A DNA stretch of 62,345 nt, filler included, from Bipalium vagum (lineage: Eukaryota), in the NCBI GenBank assembly GCA_037834085.1. It is 3 parts of 3 records of this genome, joined end to end, with 100 filler letters (N's around TTAATTAATTAA, not from the genome) between each part and the next. Parts side by side here need not be neighbours in the genome. Positions count along the whole stretch, not along the records: positions 23,914 to 44,549 come from JBBMKC010248952.1; positions 44,650 to 62,345 come from JBBMKC010055305.1; 1 more part is not named here. One strand, written 5' to 3'. Positions within the stretch are counted from its first letter, which is position 1, and every line of letters starts with the position of its first letter. Below are positions 38,964-52,030 of this stretch, piece after piece. The notes beneath the pieces are model-generated. The model worked only from the letters and a program-made list of their open reading frames with translations, ran no database searches and was not told the origin of the DNA. The translations under genes were made by a program, and so were the position numbers.

Positions 38964-41900
38964 TATATTTAAAAGATTTAGTTTGTTCTACTACTAACTG
39001 ATTAAAAAAATTATTTGAGGGGATTTCTAAATAAAATTAATTCTTTTCGTTCTTATCTGAGACGAAATGTTTTCTAGCCTGAAACTGGTTAAGTGCATGT
39101 TAAAATTATATTGATAATTATAAATATAAAGTGAAACAACATTTTTCCTTTTTATGACAGTCCAAATTTTTCAAGTCATTTTCACTTTAAGATTTCCTTC
39201 ATTTATCTTTTTATTTATCGCAATTAACGTCTTAAAAATTTTTAAAATATATAAATAATGACAAAAATAATTTCATGTCACTTAAAAGAAAAAAATCTAA
39301 TTCAAGAAAAAATAATTATTAAAAAAGTAGATAAGCACGTTGGTTTACGTGTTTCGCTCGCGAATAATTTTGGTTTAATAATGTATTAGTTATCACATTA
39401 GCAGCAGTTTTAAGTGACCAAACGAAACATCCGCAAATGCTGCCTTTTCGCAAACTTTCAAAATTTTTGCATAGCAGATTAGATAATGATGAATATTTAA
39501 ACAAAAGTTTTCACACTTAAATTGATCGATATTATTAATTAATTATAATTAATCACAATTAAAAGTAATATTTGTCACATTTATGTACTACCACACTTAT
39601 CATAATATTTTGTCGGATTCTGGAAATTAATTCGTACACATAATACAATCATTTGATAATTAATATAAGTATTAAAAATATATTGTAGGTAAAAATAATA
39701 AATTATTGGGGAATCGTGATTGAGAAATCAAATTATTTTTATTTTTGATAACTATATTTAGCAAATTATCAGTATTTGTTGAAGATGTGTTAGAATGTGA
39801 CGATTTATTTTTTTGTAAAACTGATATGGTAAAATATTTTTATTCATTTTTATGGAAATTTCCTCTTCAGAGATTTGAAAATCATTTTTTTCAGGAATTG
39901 CTTTTGGGACTGGGCAATATAGTTTCCTATGAAGAAATACCTGATGCAGTGAAAACAACAATTAATCGAGTATTTCCCAATAGTGTAAGATGTAAATTTG
40001 TTTTTTCATACTTAATTAACTTACTTTAATTGGCATTTTTGACCAAGTCATTCCTCAGATGCATTGTGGATCTAAAATTATACTTTTTAATTATACACCT
40101 TTCGTATATCAGTATCTGTGATCAGAGTTAATAAGGCTCAGAACTAAATGATATTCAATTCTATGTTTATTCTTTAAAATAATGTCTTGTCAACGGAAAT
40201 TATGGATCTTATGTGAATTTCGGCAGTATTTACGAATACAAATACGAATTATTGAATTATGATAATAATGTGACTTTTGGAAAAAAATAACAAAATCTTT
40301 ACTTTATTTTTTAAAGTAAAACTTCAACTCATTTTTAAAAAATATATGGGATAATTATTTCCCAATCGACTGTAATATGAGATCAGATGGATAACAGAGG
40401 CGGGGAGAACTGAAATTGCTTTTCGACTTCGAATATATATATATTCATTTTGTTTGAAAAAGTATGTGGAAAGAAATGTTGGATTTCAAGTAGGAATCAA
40501 GGCTATTTTATATTTTCCTGCACACTACCAATGAATGAAACAAAAGTAGCGATGTCGTTTTCACTATCGAATATTAAGAATTTTTTATAGGCCAGTGCTT
40601 TACTTAACTGATATTTTTTGCTTTTCATTTCCAAGTAATCTGTAAATATTAATGATATTGTTAGTTCCAATGGCAACCATATGGATAGGATACACCCTCT
40701 GTTTGTTTATATTTCTTTTTAAACAAAAGAGATTCATTTTTGCACAAAACCTTAGTAACTGCCGTAGAACTATGTTATCAATGATATATACATTGTATAT
40801 GTATTAGATATATATTAGCTGTGCGCTGAAAGTGAGCCTTTCTTAAGAAGACAATGTCTTTATTTATACACAAAAAAGATAAACACTAATTAAAGTTATG
40901 ACCAGCATCAGAAACGACATTTGACCATCTTTTATGAAGCTGTTGAATTCCTCGGCAAAAAATCTTCATTCTTGGTGACTACACAGTGAATAACCCATTT
41001 TAAAATCTCTTTAAAGGATTGTAAGTGCTGCTGCCCATGTAAGTGCACCATCGACCGAAGCATATTTTACCATATCGTGCTTCAGTGGCTCAATCAATTT
41101 ATGAGGAGTTAATTTTTGGTAATTGGTATCAAAAGTTTATGTCGGTTAATGAGAATCTGGAGTATGAAGAAGAATTCTGGAGGAATCTATTTGGGAAACT
41201 AGTTATTATTTGTCATAATTCTTAATGTTTTTTTAGCAATGTTGTGAAGTTATCATGCTAAAACGAAAAAATCAATAATTTATGCTCTTTTATGATCTTA
41301 TTTTGAAGTCAGTCCTGAATTAAAAAAAAAATTATTTTTCTATAATAATATTATCGATAAAATAACATAGTTATACAAATGAAAACTCTATGGATTTTAT
41401 AAAACTACAATGTTTTAAGCAATTAAAATAGTCCAGATTAATCTTGAACACCCAGCAGTTGCTTTTTTGAAGTTTCACGATTTTAAGTTACTTTTAACAA
41501 CATTGTAGACACTGAACTCTGAAATACATATGGTCAATTATCGAGAATTATTACCTTATCATAAAGGTTTTTCGTGTTCTATTGATTACTGATAGTGATT
41601 AAAGTTTCATAACAGAAAAACAAATAATAAGTTTCAGATCCAAATTCTTATTTTTTCATTCTCAAACAGATTCATGGTGAAAATAGAAATTTTTGCGAAT
41701 TTATAACAAAAAAAATCGGATAAGAATTCTTTCATACTTGAACACTGATACGAGTTTTGCACTTAACTCTGACTCGTTATGACGGCGGCTCGAGTATAGG
41801 AAAAGGAAATCTCAGTTTATTTCCTGTATGACATTATCTTTTAGTCAAATTTTTCAGTTTTCGACGGAAAATCTGCGAAAGCCATATATATATATATATA

Positions 41901-42097
41901 TATATATTAGTAATAAAATTGGTCATTAATTTCTCATAAAATGTCAAATTAAATAAAGAAATTCTATCTTAGATTCTTAGGCCTTGCAATTAGTTTGACT
42001 GTTCATAGATTTTTCGATCAAAATGAAAAATATTTATACGTTTAGACAGTCAAAGCTCACGTAAATATTTTATTGAGTGTGTTAGTTGAAAATGTAT

Positions 42098-42166
42098 CTG
42101 AGATACCGGGATTCGAACCCGGGACCACATGCGCATGCACTGCTCTGACCGCTGAGCTACATCTCC
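42098..42166 (-). pseudogene. tRNA-Ala-like pseudogene or SINE head with shortened anticodon arm
   Basis: GGAGATG TA GCTC AGCGGTCA GAGC A ... CCGGG TTCGAAT CCCGG TATCTCA; A and B boxes, D arm and T arm intact; anticodon plus variable region is 18 nt instead of about 22. Confidence 0.8.
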
Positions 42167-42189
42167 CGACTAATTTTCAATTTATCTCT

Positions 42190-42425
42190 CAGAGTGGAAA
42201 GAAGTTTTGTTCTGAAGAGGCTCTTAAAAATCATCTCAGCGACTTTATCCTAGAAAAACCAAGCGAATTTTAAAAAATCTGATATGAATAAACCTGTAGA
42301 TCGTTGGAAACTGATTGTAGAGAGAAATGGGGACCATGTTAATGATTAATAAAATCATTTTATTAAAATTTTCACCGTTTGCATTTTTTAATAAAATCTG
42401 TCACGAACTTTTGCAATGGTCAAAT
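42190..42425 (+). mobile_element. Mariner 3' remnant with right TIR
   Basis: GKKFCSEEALKNHLSDFILEKPSEF...DRWKLIVERNGDHVND*, then TIR-like TCACGAACTTTTGCAATGGTCAAA-TA. Confidence 0.8.
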
Positions 42426-42774
42426 AGTTTTAAAATATTTCCTATTTAATAAATATAACATTTTTATTGGTTAATTATTATTTTTTTAAATTGAAACAAT
42501 TAAAATTATTAATCATCACCTACACAACCAGAAATACATATTCAAGATAAAATCTTTGAAAAACACTTATCCGGATCCATACTGAAAATTGGAAACAGTT
42601 AATTACATTTCTTATTATGATAATTATTTATATTGAATTAAATGATAACAAAGATACGATCACAATGCAAAGTGAATTACATAAAATCGCGTGAGAAATG
42701 TGCAGATAAAATAAACAAGTTGAAAAGACTAACTCATTTTGATTAATAGATATGATTAATCTCATTTTGCATAT

Positions 42775-43550
42775 TTAACCCAAAAAGGGAATAAAAAGTG
42801 ATAATGTGAACTTTCGTGACCATAAAAAATGGAGTTCTTCCTTGACTTTATTCAAAAAATCAATTTCTATGCAAAGAAACCTTAAAAATCAATATGAAGA
42901 TACACTTGAATTCCTTATGCAATTTGATCAAATAAAATTTATTTTGTATCGCAAGTGGTCTTTTGTAATGTGATTTTTTGTACTGATAAAGGATCTATTT
43001 TAATTATAGAAAGATGTGACTTTCAAAACAATACACGACACGTAGTACATCAAAAACATTACAAAGATTTTTTATATTTTCAAATGGGTTTTTAATTTTC
43101 TTTTATTTTCTAATATAATTCAATCAAAATCCACGTCTAAATTTATTCCGAAAATTTTTTTAATAAGAATTTTCACGAGCTATGACTTGACCCATGGTTT
43201 GAATAAAAACGAAATAACGTAAAACAAAAATAATCATGAAGGAGCGAACCATGGGACAAAATCTTGTTTTATTATGAACACTTTGTACATATTTCCAATT
43301 AATCTCTAATTTCGAAGACATTTAGCCATATTTGGTTCCCTATTATGTAGTTTTATTAGGCAAAAGTTTTAAATAAAATGGAACAAAAGTTCCATTTGAT
43401 TATCCAAATAATAGCAATATTTATCACAATAGAACTTATTACAAACCAATTAAATTATCTTCACAATCTTGCCCAATATTGAAATTCTCATACTCTAATA
43501 ATAATTTGTAATTAGAATTCCATTGTTACTACAGGTGTGACGAGCTCACC
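42775..43550 (-). mobile_element. Probable piggyBac remnant
   Basis: TTAA-CCC terminus near 42775; minus-strand LPNKTT**GTK (like PNKPxKxGIK) and a CTTCRV Cys-rich fragment; heavily decayed. Confidence 0.4.
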
Positions 43551-44549
43551 AGTTTCATTGTGTTAGGTTGCGCTAATGTAATTTCTTTTTTCTATTATAA
43601 ACAAAGTCAATTTATTTTATTACATTACATAGTGACTGTTTTGGTCAAACACCTGACATCTTTCTTAGAAAAAATGACCCCATGTTCATAAAAGTTCTGA
43701 TTTTTACTTTAAAAAATTGATACAGGCTATTTTTGACATCTTCATTAGAGTATTAATTATTAATAATTATTAATAATTATTAATTATTAGATAATTAATT
43801 CTGGCTTTTTCTGTTTGATGTTGGTATTTATTTTGTATTTTTAATTACAGTACACTTTCGAATTAATTGTAGCTCGAAAAAAGAGACCATCACTTTTTTG
43901 ATCAATATCAGATTATTAAATATTCATTTTTTGTCTCCAATTATAAGAAATGTGGAGCATCCCAAAATAACGAAATTTTTGATAATTCTTTTTGTGATTT
44001 TTTTTTATTTTTATCTTTGTAATATGGGATCAGCAAGTCAAAAAACGAATATAATTATTGTTATTAACTATTTTTATTTATTATAAATTATCAATTATTA
44101 ACATTTCCATAAAACAAATAAACCAAGGATTTATGCTGCAAACAAATATAGAAACTGGAAATTACTAAAATTAGAAATTAATGTAAATAAGATAAAATGT
44201 TTCTAAAAATAGAATTCAGACAAATAAAATATGAATTTCTAAAAATAGAAATTACAGAAATTTTTTTTGTATATAAACCATCAAAAAATAGTAAGAGGAC
44301 ATACAATAATTCGCACCAAGAGCTCAATTGTAACACAAGTAAACACTCATAGAGGAACATTCACGAGCATTCAGCAGAGGACTATTTCCATCAAAGCTTA
44401 GTAAGGAATCTTTATTTATAGATAAACTCTGTACGAAATTTCGTGAGAGCAGTTTATTCTATTCTTAAAATTTATTATTCACTATCAAGCAATCTTTACC
44501 GATTGACTTGATATTATTATTATTATTATTATTATAATTATTAGTATTA

Positions 44550-44649
44550 NNNNNNNNNNNNNNNNNNNNNNNNNNNNNNNNNNNNNNNNNNNNTTAATTA
44601 ATTAANNNNNNNNNNNNNNNNNNNNNNNNNNNNNNNNNNNNNNNNNNNN
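44550..44649. other. Assembly gap with synthetic linker (44 N + TTAATTAATTAA + 44 N)
   Basis: Same 100-bp layout as the first gap; preceded by (TAT)n. Confidence 0.97.
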
Positions 44650-45084
44650 TATATTTTGTAAAACAAATACAACTCTTATCACAGTTATAATATTAATTAA
44701 TTAAAGTCTTCTTGGTTTTATGATAAGCGAAGAAGCCCTGATGTCAAAGATGCGTATTATGTCGCATAGAGCGAAACATTTCAAAATGTTTGTCAATTGT
44801 CAATAATGAGCTTTGGAGAATCATCCTCCATAAGCTCTTGCTCTGGCTTTGGCTGTTCCGGTTACTTTGCGGGTTTTAAATTGGAATTGATTGGTGCTGG
44901 GACCTGTTTTTCTATGGATCCCAACACTAGAGATGTTTTGAAAGCGATAGTGTTAATTTATCAATAAAGCAAAAATATGTTGGCCATCTTAATATTTAAT
45001 TCTAATATATTTTTAATATCATTTCCATATGTAAAGTCATTTGTTTTAATTACCTATTTTAATTTGACTTGGCGTTAATTGTAA

Positions 45085-45726
45085 AATGGAAAAATGTAAA
45101 AATCGAAGGATTATAAAATTCTTTGTACTGGAAGGATTTCTGACAACAGAAATTTGTACAAAGCTTTAAAAGAAGGTGCTCCTAGAGAGGCTTTGTAGTT
45201 TAGACTTGGTCATACGATGATTGAAGATTATCCGCAACAAGATTTCATCAGGTTATAACAAATGTATTTTGGATATAAAATGGTTTTGTTATTAAATTAC
45301 CTTAAGAAAAAAAAATTTTTTCTGTATTTAAAAAGCTTGTTGTACTTATCGGACGACAAAATGCTTGAAAAATGACCAAAAGAAAAAAATCATTTTACTG
45401 CAAGACACAAAAGCTTTTTGACCATAAAAAATTAAATGCATTTAAGTATGGCTTGCTTTATTATCAATCTTATTCACCAAATTTAGCCACACCAGACTTT
45501 TTTCTTTTCCCAAACCTGCAATTTTGTGATAAAAAAGAAGCATTGAAAGCTTTAGATAGCTTTTTTGCTGGTCTTTATGAAAGTTATTACAACCAAGGTA
45601 TCTTTTAAAAATATTGGACTAAATTTGTTGAGCTAAAAGGAGATTTTGTAGAAAAGTTATGATTTCTGAACAATACATGTTTTTTAATTCTATTAATTTT
45701 CAAATCTTTTCAAACCGACTTCGTAA
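45085..45726 (+). mobile_element. Internally deleted mariner remnant
   Basis: MEK...IIKFFVLEG start, YSPNLATPDFFLFPNL, right TIR-like CAAATCTTTTCAAACCGACTTCG-TA. Confidence 0.8.
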
Positions 45727-45739
45727 TTCATATTTTATT

Positions 45740-46100
45740 ATAGGATGTTTTTTTTAGAAAATAACAACTTTCGAAAATGATTTTTATTAAAATAAATAAA
45801 AGTAATATTCATTAATATTTGCCATTTAATAATGAATCATTTAAATATCGATCAATGTTATCAAATTATTAAGGTATACTTTGAAAATAATACATTAATT
45901 CGTGAAACGCATCGAAACTACGTCAATTTTATGACCAACATGATCGGCCATCAGAGCATGCCATCTGTGGAATTGTGGATAAACTTCGTAGGACGTATGC
46001 TCTTCATGATTTCAAATCACCAAAATGTCGATTAAATGTCCGTATCGAAGAGTCAATATCCATTATAAGGGACGAATATGTATTAATTCGTCGTCGGCCA
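45740..46100 (+). mobile_element. 5' remnant of a DD41D/rosa-like Tc1/mariner element
   Basis: MNHLNIDQCYQIIKVYFENN...RETHR N-terminal HTH pattern. Confidence 0.55.
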
Positions 46101-47199
46101 AATGAGCGAAATAATTTTTAAGAAATAATGGCATACATTCATTTTGTAATAAAATAAAATTTTCTTTAATTGTTTTTCCTTGTTTCTAATCACAAAAAAG
46201 TTGTAATGTGCTTAACAAAACACCCTATGCATACTTGTTAGACAAGACATCAGAAAAACTATTGTTATTTAGTAAAACAGCCTTAACGACTTTTATTTCA
46301 AAGTGTAAATTATTTCTTCAACATTTTCAACGTTATTTGAATTATATCAATACAGATATAACAAAAGAGGTTCTAAAAGTATTTTCTAAAATAGAATTTC
46401 AAAATTTTAAGAAAATCAATAAATATCCTAGGTAAAAGGAAATTTTGATAAAAGTTGTTATTTTTAAATAAAATACTTAATTTAAATAATAAATTACCAT
46501 TTTCATAATTTTAATATATAAAAAACCCCAAGAATCCCAATATTATTTTTTATTATTAATTTTTACTTTATTTATTTAACTTAAAAAATAAAATGAAAAA
46601 TTAAATTATTCTTGTTCATGACATTATATATTAACTTCAAACTTTTCTTTCTTTTACACACGCGCAAAATTTTTTGTTTATTTATTTTTAATTTTAAATT
46701 ATCGAAGAATATTAAATCGATTTAGAAAATTTTTCACAAGTGTAATCTTTGTAATAAATTATTAAAATGTTTGAAATTTATTTACAAAAACAAAATTTTT
46801 TAATTTCTTTTTAATTTATATTTTTTAAAATTGTACAATGTCACCTACATTAAAACAGAAAAGGCTTAAATATGTAGGCTGTGGGGAAAAATTGTGGAAT
46901 CTCGTATCTGAAGCAAAAAAACCAAACCAAATTACATTATTATTTTTCAAAATAATCGCTTTTAAACTCAACAAAATTTCGATTGCGATTTAATCAATCT
47001 TCGAAGCATTGAACCAATACCTCAAATTTTGTAATAATTGCTTAAGAAAAGGAAAAGCGCTCAAAATGTACATTTTGGTGATGACGAACAAAACAGTCAC
47101 AAGGTGACAGATCAGATGAATATAGATATGTCATTATATTATATATTAGTGGGTGCTGATAGTTAGCTTGAGCAAATGTATGTTTTCATGATGAAGAAT

Positions 47200-47850
47200 A
47201 ATTTGTCGATTTCGGTAGTTCTGTCTAATTTTGGAAACCATTTGTGTTAAGTATTAGTTCTTTGAAACTCTAAATTAATCGTTACTTGATTTCACATTTG
47301 TTCGCAGAAAGAGTCAGATATTTTATTGAAGCATGGCTAGATCGAAATTTTTTTTGGATTCATCTTTAAATACCCAAACAGTTGGTTGTTGCGTACTTTC
47401 AAAATTGTACAATTCCACTGTTCACTAGTCATGATATTGTAAACGATCTGTTATAATTTTTTGGAGCAATTTTAAGCATCATTTAACCGTATATTCTTTT
47501 TATTATTTGTGTCGAATTATGTAGGATTCCTTGACCGCACACTTCTGCATCGTTGTTCAAACTGGTTTTACGTGGTTTCATATAAATACAAATGATATAT
47601 GTTGTACCGATCTTTTTTGAATATTTCAGGCACATTATCAATATTAGTAGCTAAAACGAATGCAAAACTCATTAGATTCGTCCTCCAAACATGTGAGTCC
47701 ACGATATCACTGTACGAATTATTTGTATATATAACTTTTTGATGGTGCTTCATTTGAAAAAGCTAAATGAAATCGAAATGGACATTGTTTGCAAAACCAC
47801 ATTTAAAAACATGGTAAATCATGGAGCACTGATTTTCCAATGAAAGTTTT
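47200..47850 (-). mobile_element. Possible CMC (CACTA/Mirage-like) transposase remnant
   Basis: SDIVDSHVW...LATNIDNVPEIFK...IYHLYL resembles DIxDG...LNxDGxPxFK...WPxYL; downstream LYNFES. Confidence 0.4.
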
Positions 47851-50699
47851 TCGACTTTTATTTGTAACTTCCATTTCAAATATTTACCTATTTAAAACAA
47901 ATTCATGGATTTAGATTTGTTTTAATACTTATAAATGACGAATTTATGATTGATCCTAAAACTTTACTTGGACCTCGCGTAAATTATAAAATAACTTTTC
48001 ATCAATCAATATATGAATTTAATTATTAATTTTAATTATTTGTCTATTAACATAATAAAATTAGTGAAAATGAAAATTTTCACAAAGAATATGTGGTAAA
48101 ATAAAACATTTTGAATAAATTAAAAGTACAAAAAAGTTAGTTTGACATTTTAAATAAAAAAATGAAAAAATAATAAATAATGTTAACATATAAAATAAAT
48201 TATTTGGAATTTTATTTGTATTAATGTTTAAAAAAACATTTGTTAATTTTATCTTCTTCATTCTGGTCTAGGGGTTTTTCCTATTAGCTTTCACCTTCCC
48301 CATACTCCATATCAAACCTCATTCAATCCAACCAATTAAGACATTTTACCAATTGAAGTATTCCTCAAATACGTATTTGTATGGAAACCTCTTCAAAACC
48401 GTGTCTATTATCAATTTGTATCAATTCAATAAGAAAATCTGTTGAATATTGGTGAACATAATTTGATTTTCTCTTCAAAAGACGAATACCCATCGTTGTT
48501 CGATAATTATACTCCAATTTCAAAAGAAAGGAAATGGATACAATGTAAAAATACATATTTAATTCTATATTTATTTATTTATTTATTTATAACAATTCCA
48601 GACATTTTAATTACACTTGTGATTCTTTATTAGACGAAATGCAATTAAATCAATGAGCAAATAATAAATAAGGAAAATCTCATTTAATAAAATGTAATTT
48701 ACTTGAAGTTAAATTTAATTATTTAAAATTATTAAATAATTACTTTTGCAAATTTTCTGTACTAATTTTAAAATCTTTAAAAAATGTTTTCCCTTTTTCG
48801 GCATTTTGAAAATCATTTCCGACATGTCAAAAAGATATTTAAATTAATTAATTAATTAATTTAAAATTTGAAGTATTTTTTTCAGAATTTTAAAATAAAT
48901 AAATTAAAAAAAATTTTTTTGTCATTAAAAAAGATTTATCGAATTTTTAAAATTTGGACATATTTTAATTAAATCGCAAAGGAATTTTTTCAAATTGAAA
49001 TATTTAATTCTAAGGGGATTTTTTAATGATTTAATGAAATTAATTTTTTCTAATGAAAAATATAAATTATTAATAAATTATTAATGATAAATTTTATTTT
49101 TACTCCTGTGGAAAATTGATAGGATCATTTTTTATTTTATTGCAATTAAAATTGTTTTATTAAAACTACGTCTTTTTCTTAAAAGATGTCTTTCAATTGA
49201 CAGAAGAATTTGGATGAATTTATTTGTTTTGATAAAATAAAGAGAGATTTTATTTAAACATTTTCAATTCAAAATTAAATTAAATGTATTAATAAATGTT
49301 AGATTTTAATTAATTTAATAATAAATATTTTATTAACTATTTTTTTTAAAAATTAAAATTCAGATGTTCAGACAAAAATGGACTGTGTAAAAGATACACA
49401 GTCAAAAGTTCACTTGAAATTTAAGAAAAATAAATAATTTAATTAAACGAAATTTTTAATAAAAACATTTACGCGTTTCAAATGTCGTTCTCATGTAAAA
49501 TATCACAATCGTGAAAGAATGACGAGAAAAAAAATTAAAAATCGTTTTCATGTTAAATAAAATAAATTAAATGTGATATTGAATTTCTTTGTTTTAATAT
49601 AAATCTATAAATAACTCATTTAAACAATTTAAATAGGTAATTAATCAAATTTTAACACAATATATAACATTTAAAATTAATTAAGTTAATTATATAATAT
49701 TTTTATATGTTTATCTTATATATATATATATAGAGAGAGAGTAAGAGGGAGAGAGAGAATTTCTCAAACCAATAAAACCCTTAAGGAAATCCGATACCCC
49801 ATAAAATACCCTTACAAAATCTAAATTATTTGTTAATGCATTAATGGGAAAACGAGGAAGCAATTAGCTCTCCAACAATGTTCATCAAAGAGCAAATTTT
49901 GGAATTTGGTGGATGCTCGTCTCTAAACTGAGTAGTTTAAAATCAGTATATAAGGAGAAACATTTCATCACAATTCCATCCCTCAAAACCTTCCAAGAAA
50001 GTCGTTTGGATTATAGTGGTGAAGAGGTTATCATTTACAGTTTGAGAAGGAGATTCCAGTTTGAATTATTACGGAGATTATTGTTGTGAAAAAGATTGTT
50101 GCGTGAAGTTCGAAAAACAGATTTCATTTTTAACGCAATACGAAAGTTATCACAATATGATATTTTGGATTATGTTTAAGTTCTCCTCCAGAAAGCTATC
50201 TCTTAGCAACTGTAAAGGCTCAGCTAACTAAGCTAAGCTGTAAGATAGTTCTTGTTTTTCTATATTATTTTTCTTTAGCATTCTTTTTTATTGTTAATTG
50301 ATAATTATTATTTAAGTTTAATTTTTGTTTTAATATATTGAGTGTTTTAATTAACCTTTAACTTTAATAAGTATTTTGTTGACTTTTGTTGATTTTGTTG
50401 ATTTTGTTGACTGATATTAAACAAGATATTTATTCAAGGCATTATTCGTTTTAGTGATTGCTTTATTACGGTTGAAGATTTTGTTATTGTAAATTGTTAA
50501 TGCCATTGTGATATAATTACAAGTTATTGTTTTACTGATTGTTGTTATTTTGCATCACCTAAGAGTTGGAGCCAGGTTAAAGTAATTACATTAAATATTG
50601 AAAAAATATGTATATATTTAAAAATATATAGTATTTATCATATAAAATAAATAAAATTGGGTCTAAAAGTTTTTCCGCCGCTTTTAGTAATATGAAAAA

Positions 50700-51490
50700 C
50701 GTAAAAGTACTAAGACTTTCAGAACTTTATTAAACAACATATGTACCATTTTGGTCGATTATGTCTTGCCATCGTTTTGGTAAAGCTAGAATTCCCTCTC
50801 TGATTTTTCTCTGAAAAACTAGATAAGTGGTTTTCAGAGTCCTTCTTTGAATTCAATTTTATATCATCAAGGAAGTATTGCAGCGAACGAAACAAATGAT
50901 AGTATTACGGTGCCGTATAAGAACTATGTGGAGGCTGCAACAAAACTTAACAATCAAGTTCCTTCAATTTTTTCTGAGTTAAAGATACATGTGGTTTTTT
51001 GTTGTCATGGTGAAACACAACACCTATCCTATTGATCAATTCTGGCCTCTTTATTGCGATTGCTTGCTCTACTCTAGTTAATTTTTGAGTGTAAAGTCAA
51101 CATTTTGAGTATTTCTGGGTAGGTGATTCCTTTGTCATCTCACGAGATGCACAGCATAACCTTCGTCGTCTGTCACGGTTTGTGGGGTCTCACCACAAAT
51201 GTGTCCAAGATCCTTTTCTAACTTTGTTCTCGTATCTGATCCACTTTTTGTCAGCCGGAATAAGACGTTTCAAGAATGGTTTGATAGAGTTTCTTTTCAG
51301 CATTGTTTGGCATTTTGAAATTCGGTCTATTAAATTTTTCAATGTTAAATCACGATGAATTCAAACATCTAGTTTCTTTTTGAAACCAGCTATTTGATGA
51401 TGAATACCGAGGTCTTCTACGATTTCAAGGCTGCCAATATACCTGTAAAAATATTCTTGCTCAACTTTCAAAATAATTTGATCGACTAAC
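50700..51490 (-). mobile_element. Decayed mariner element
   Basis: Minus-strand PFLKRLIPADKKWI, *DDKGI and FHHDNKKPHV. Confidence 0.8.
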
Positions 51491-51539
51491 GGTTAGTCAC
51501 TAACCAATCTCAGAGTATCTATGAATTGTCGATGGAGTT

Positions 51540-52030
51540 TAGTATCAGCAAACAAACAGTGATAAATAATGTACCTCAAATAGTAAAGATGAAAAAGTTG
51601 AATAAATGTGTTCTACATGAAGTCCATGAAAAGCAGAAACAAAACCGTTTACAAGTTTGCTTAATATGGTCAAAATCTCGATCTATTTTTTAATATAATT
51701 GTCACTTTTGACGAAAAATGGATGAGATGTTCAGCACAGTTATCAGACAAAGATGAATCACCAAATCGTAACATTCATCTAAACTACTGGAATTGGAATT
51801 TCTTAATCACCCTCAATACTTATCAGATATACACCCTATTGACTACCATTTCTTTCTCAATTTGGACAACTTCCTATTAGGAAAGCAATTCAATTTCAAT
51901 AATGATGTAAAACTGCCCTTTCAGAAGTTCAATGACTCGCGTCTGCCAGGAATTTATATGAGCTAAAGAAGATATCTTTTATATGGTAAAAATGTATAGA
52001 TAATACGAATGAATACTTTAATGAATAACA
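51540..52030 (+). mobile_element. Internally deleted mariner remnant
   Basis: VLHEVHEKQKQNRLQVC, IVTFDEKW, HPQYLSDIHPIDYHFFLNLDNFL. Confidence 0.8.

Noticed and set aside
39300-40030. ORF 39745..40029 as a host gene or MULE transposase
   Set aside because: Only vague similarity, no ordered catalytic motifs and no splice structure.
42098-42166. Functional tRNA gene
   Set aside because: The anticodon arm cannot form a 5-bp stem with a 7-nt loop, and the first acceptor pair is mismatched.
48838-48865. 28-bp perfect palindrome TTTAAA(TTAA)4TTTAAA
   Set aside because: (TTAA)n is inherently self-complementary low-complexity sequence.
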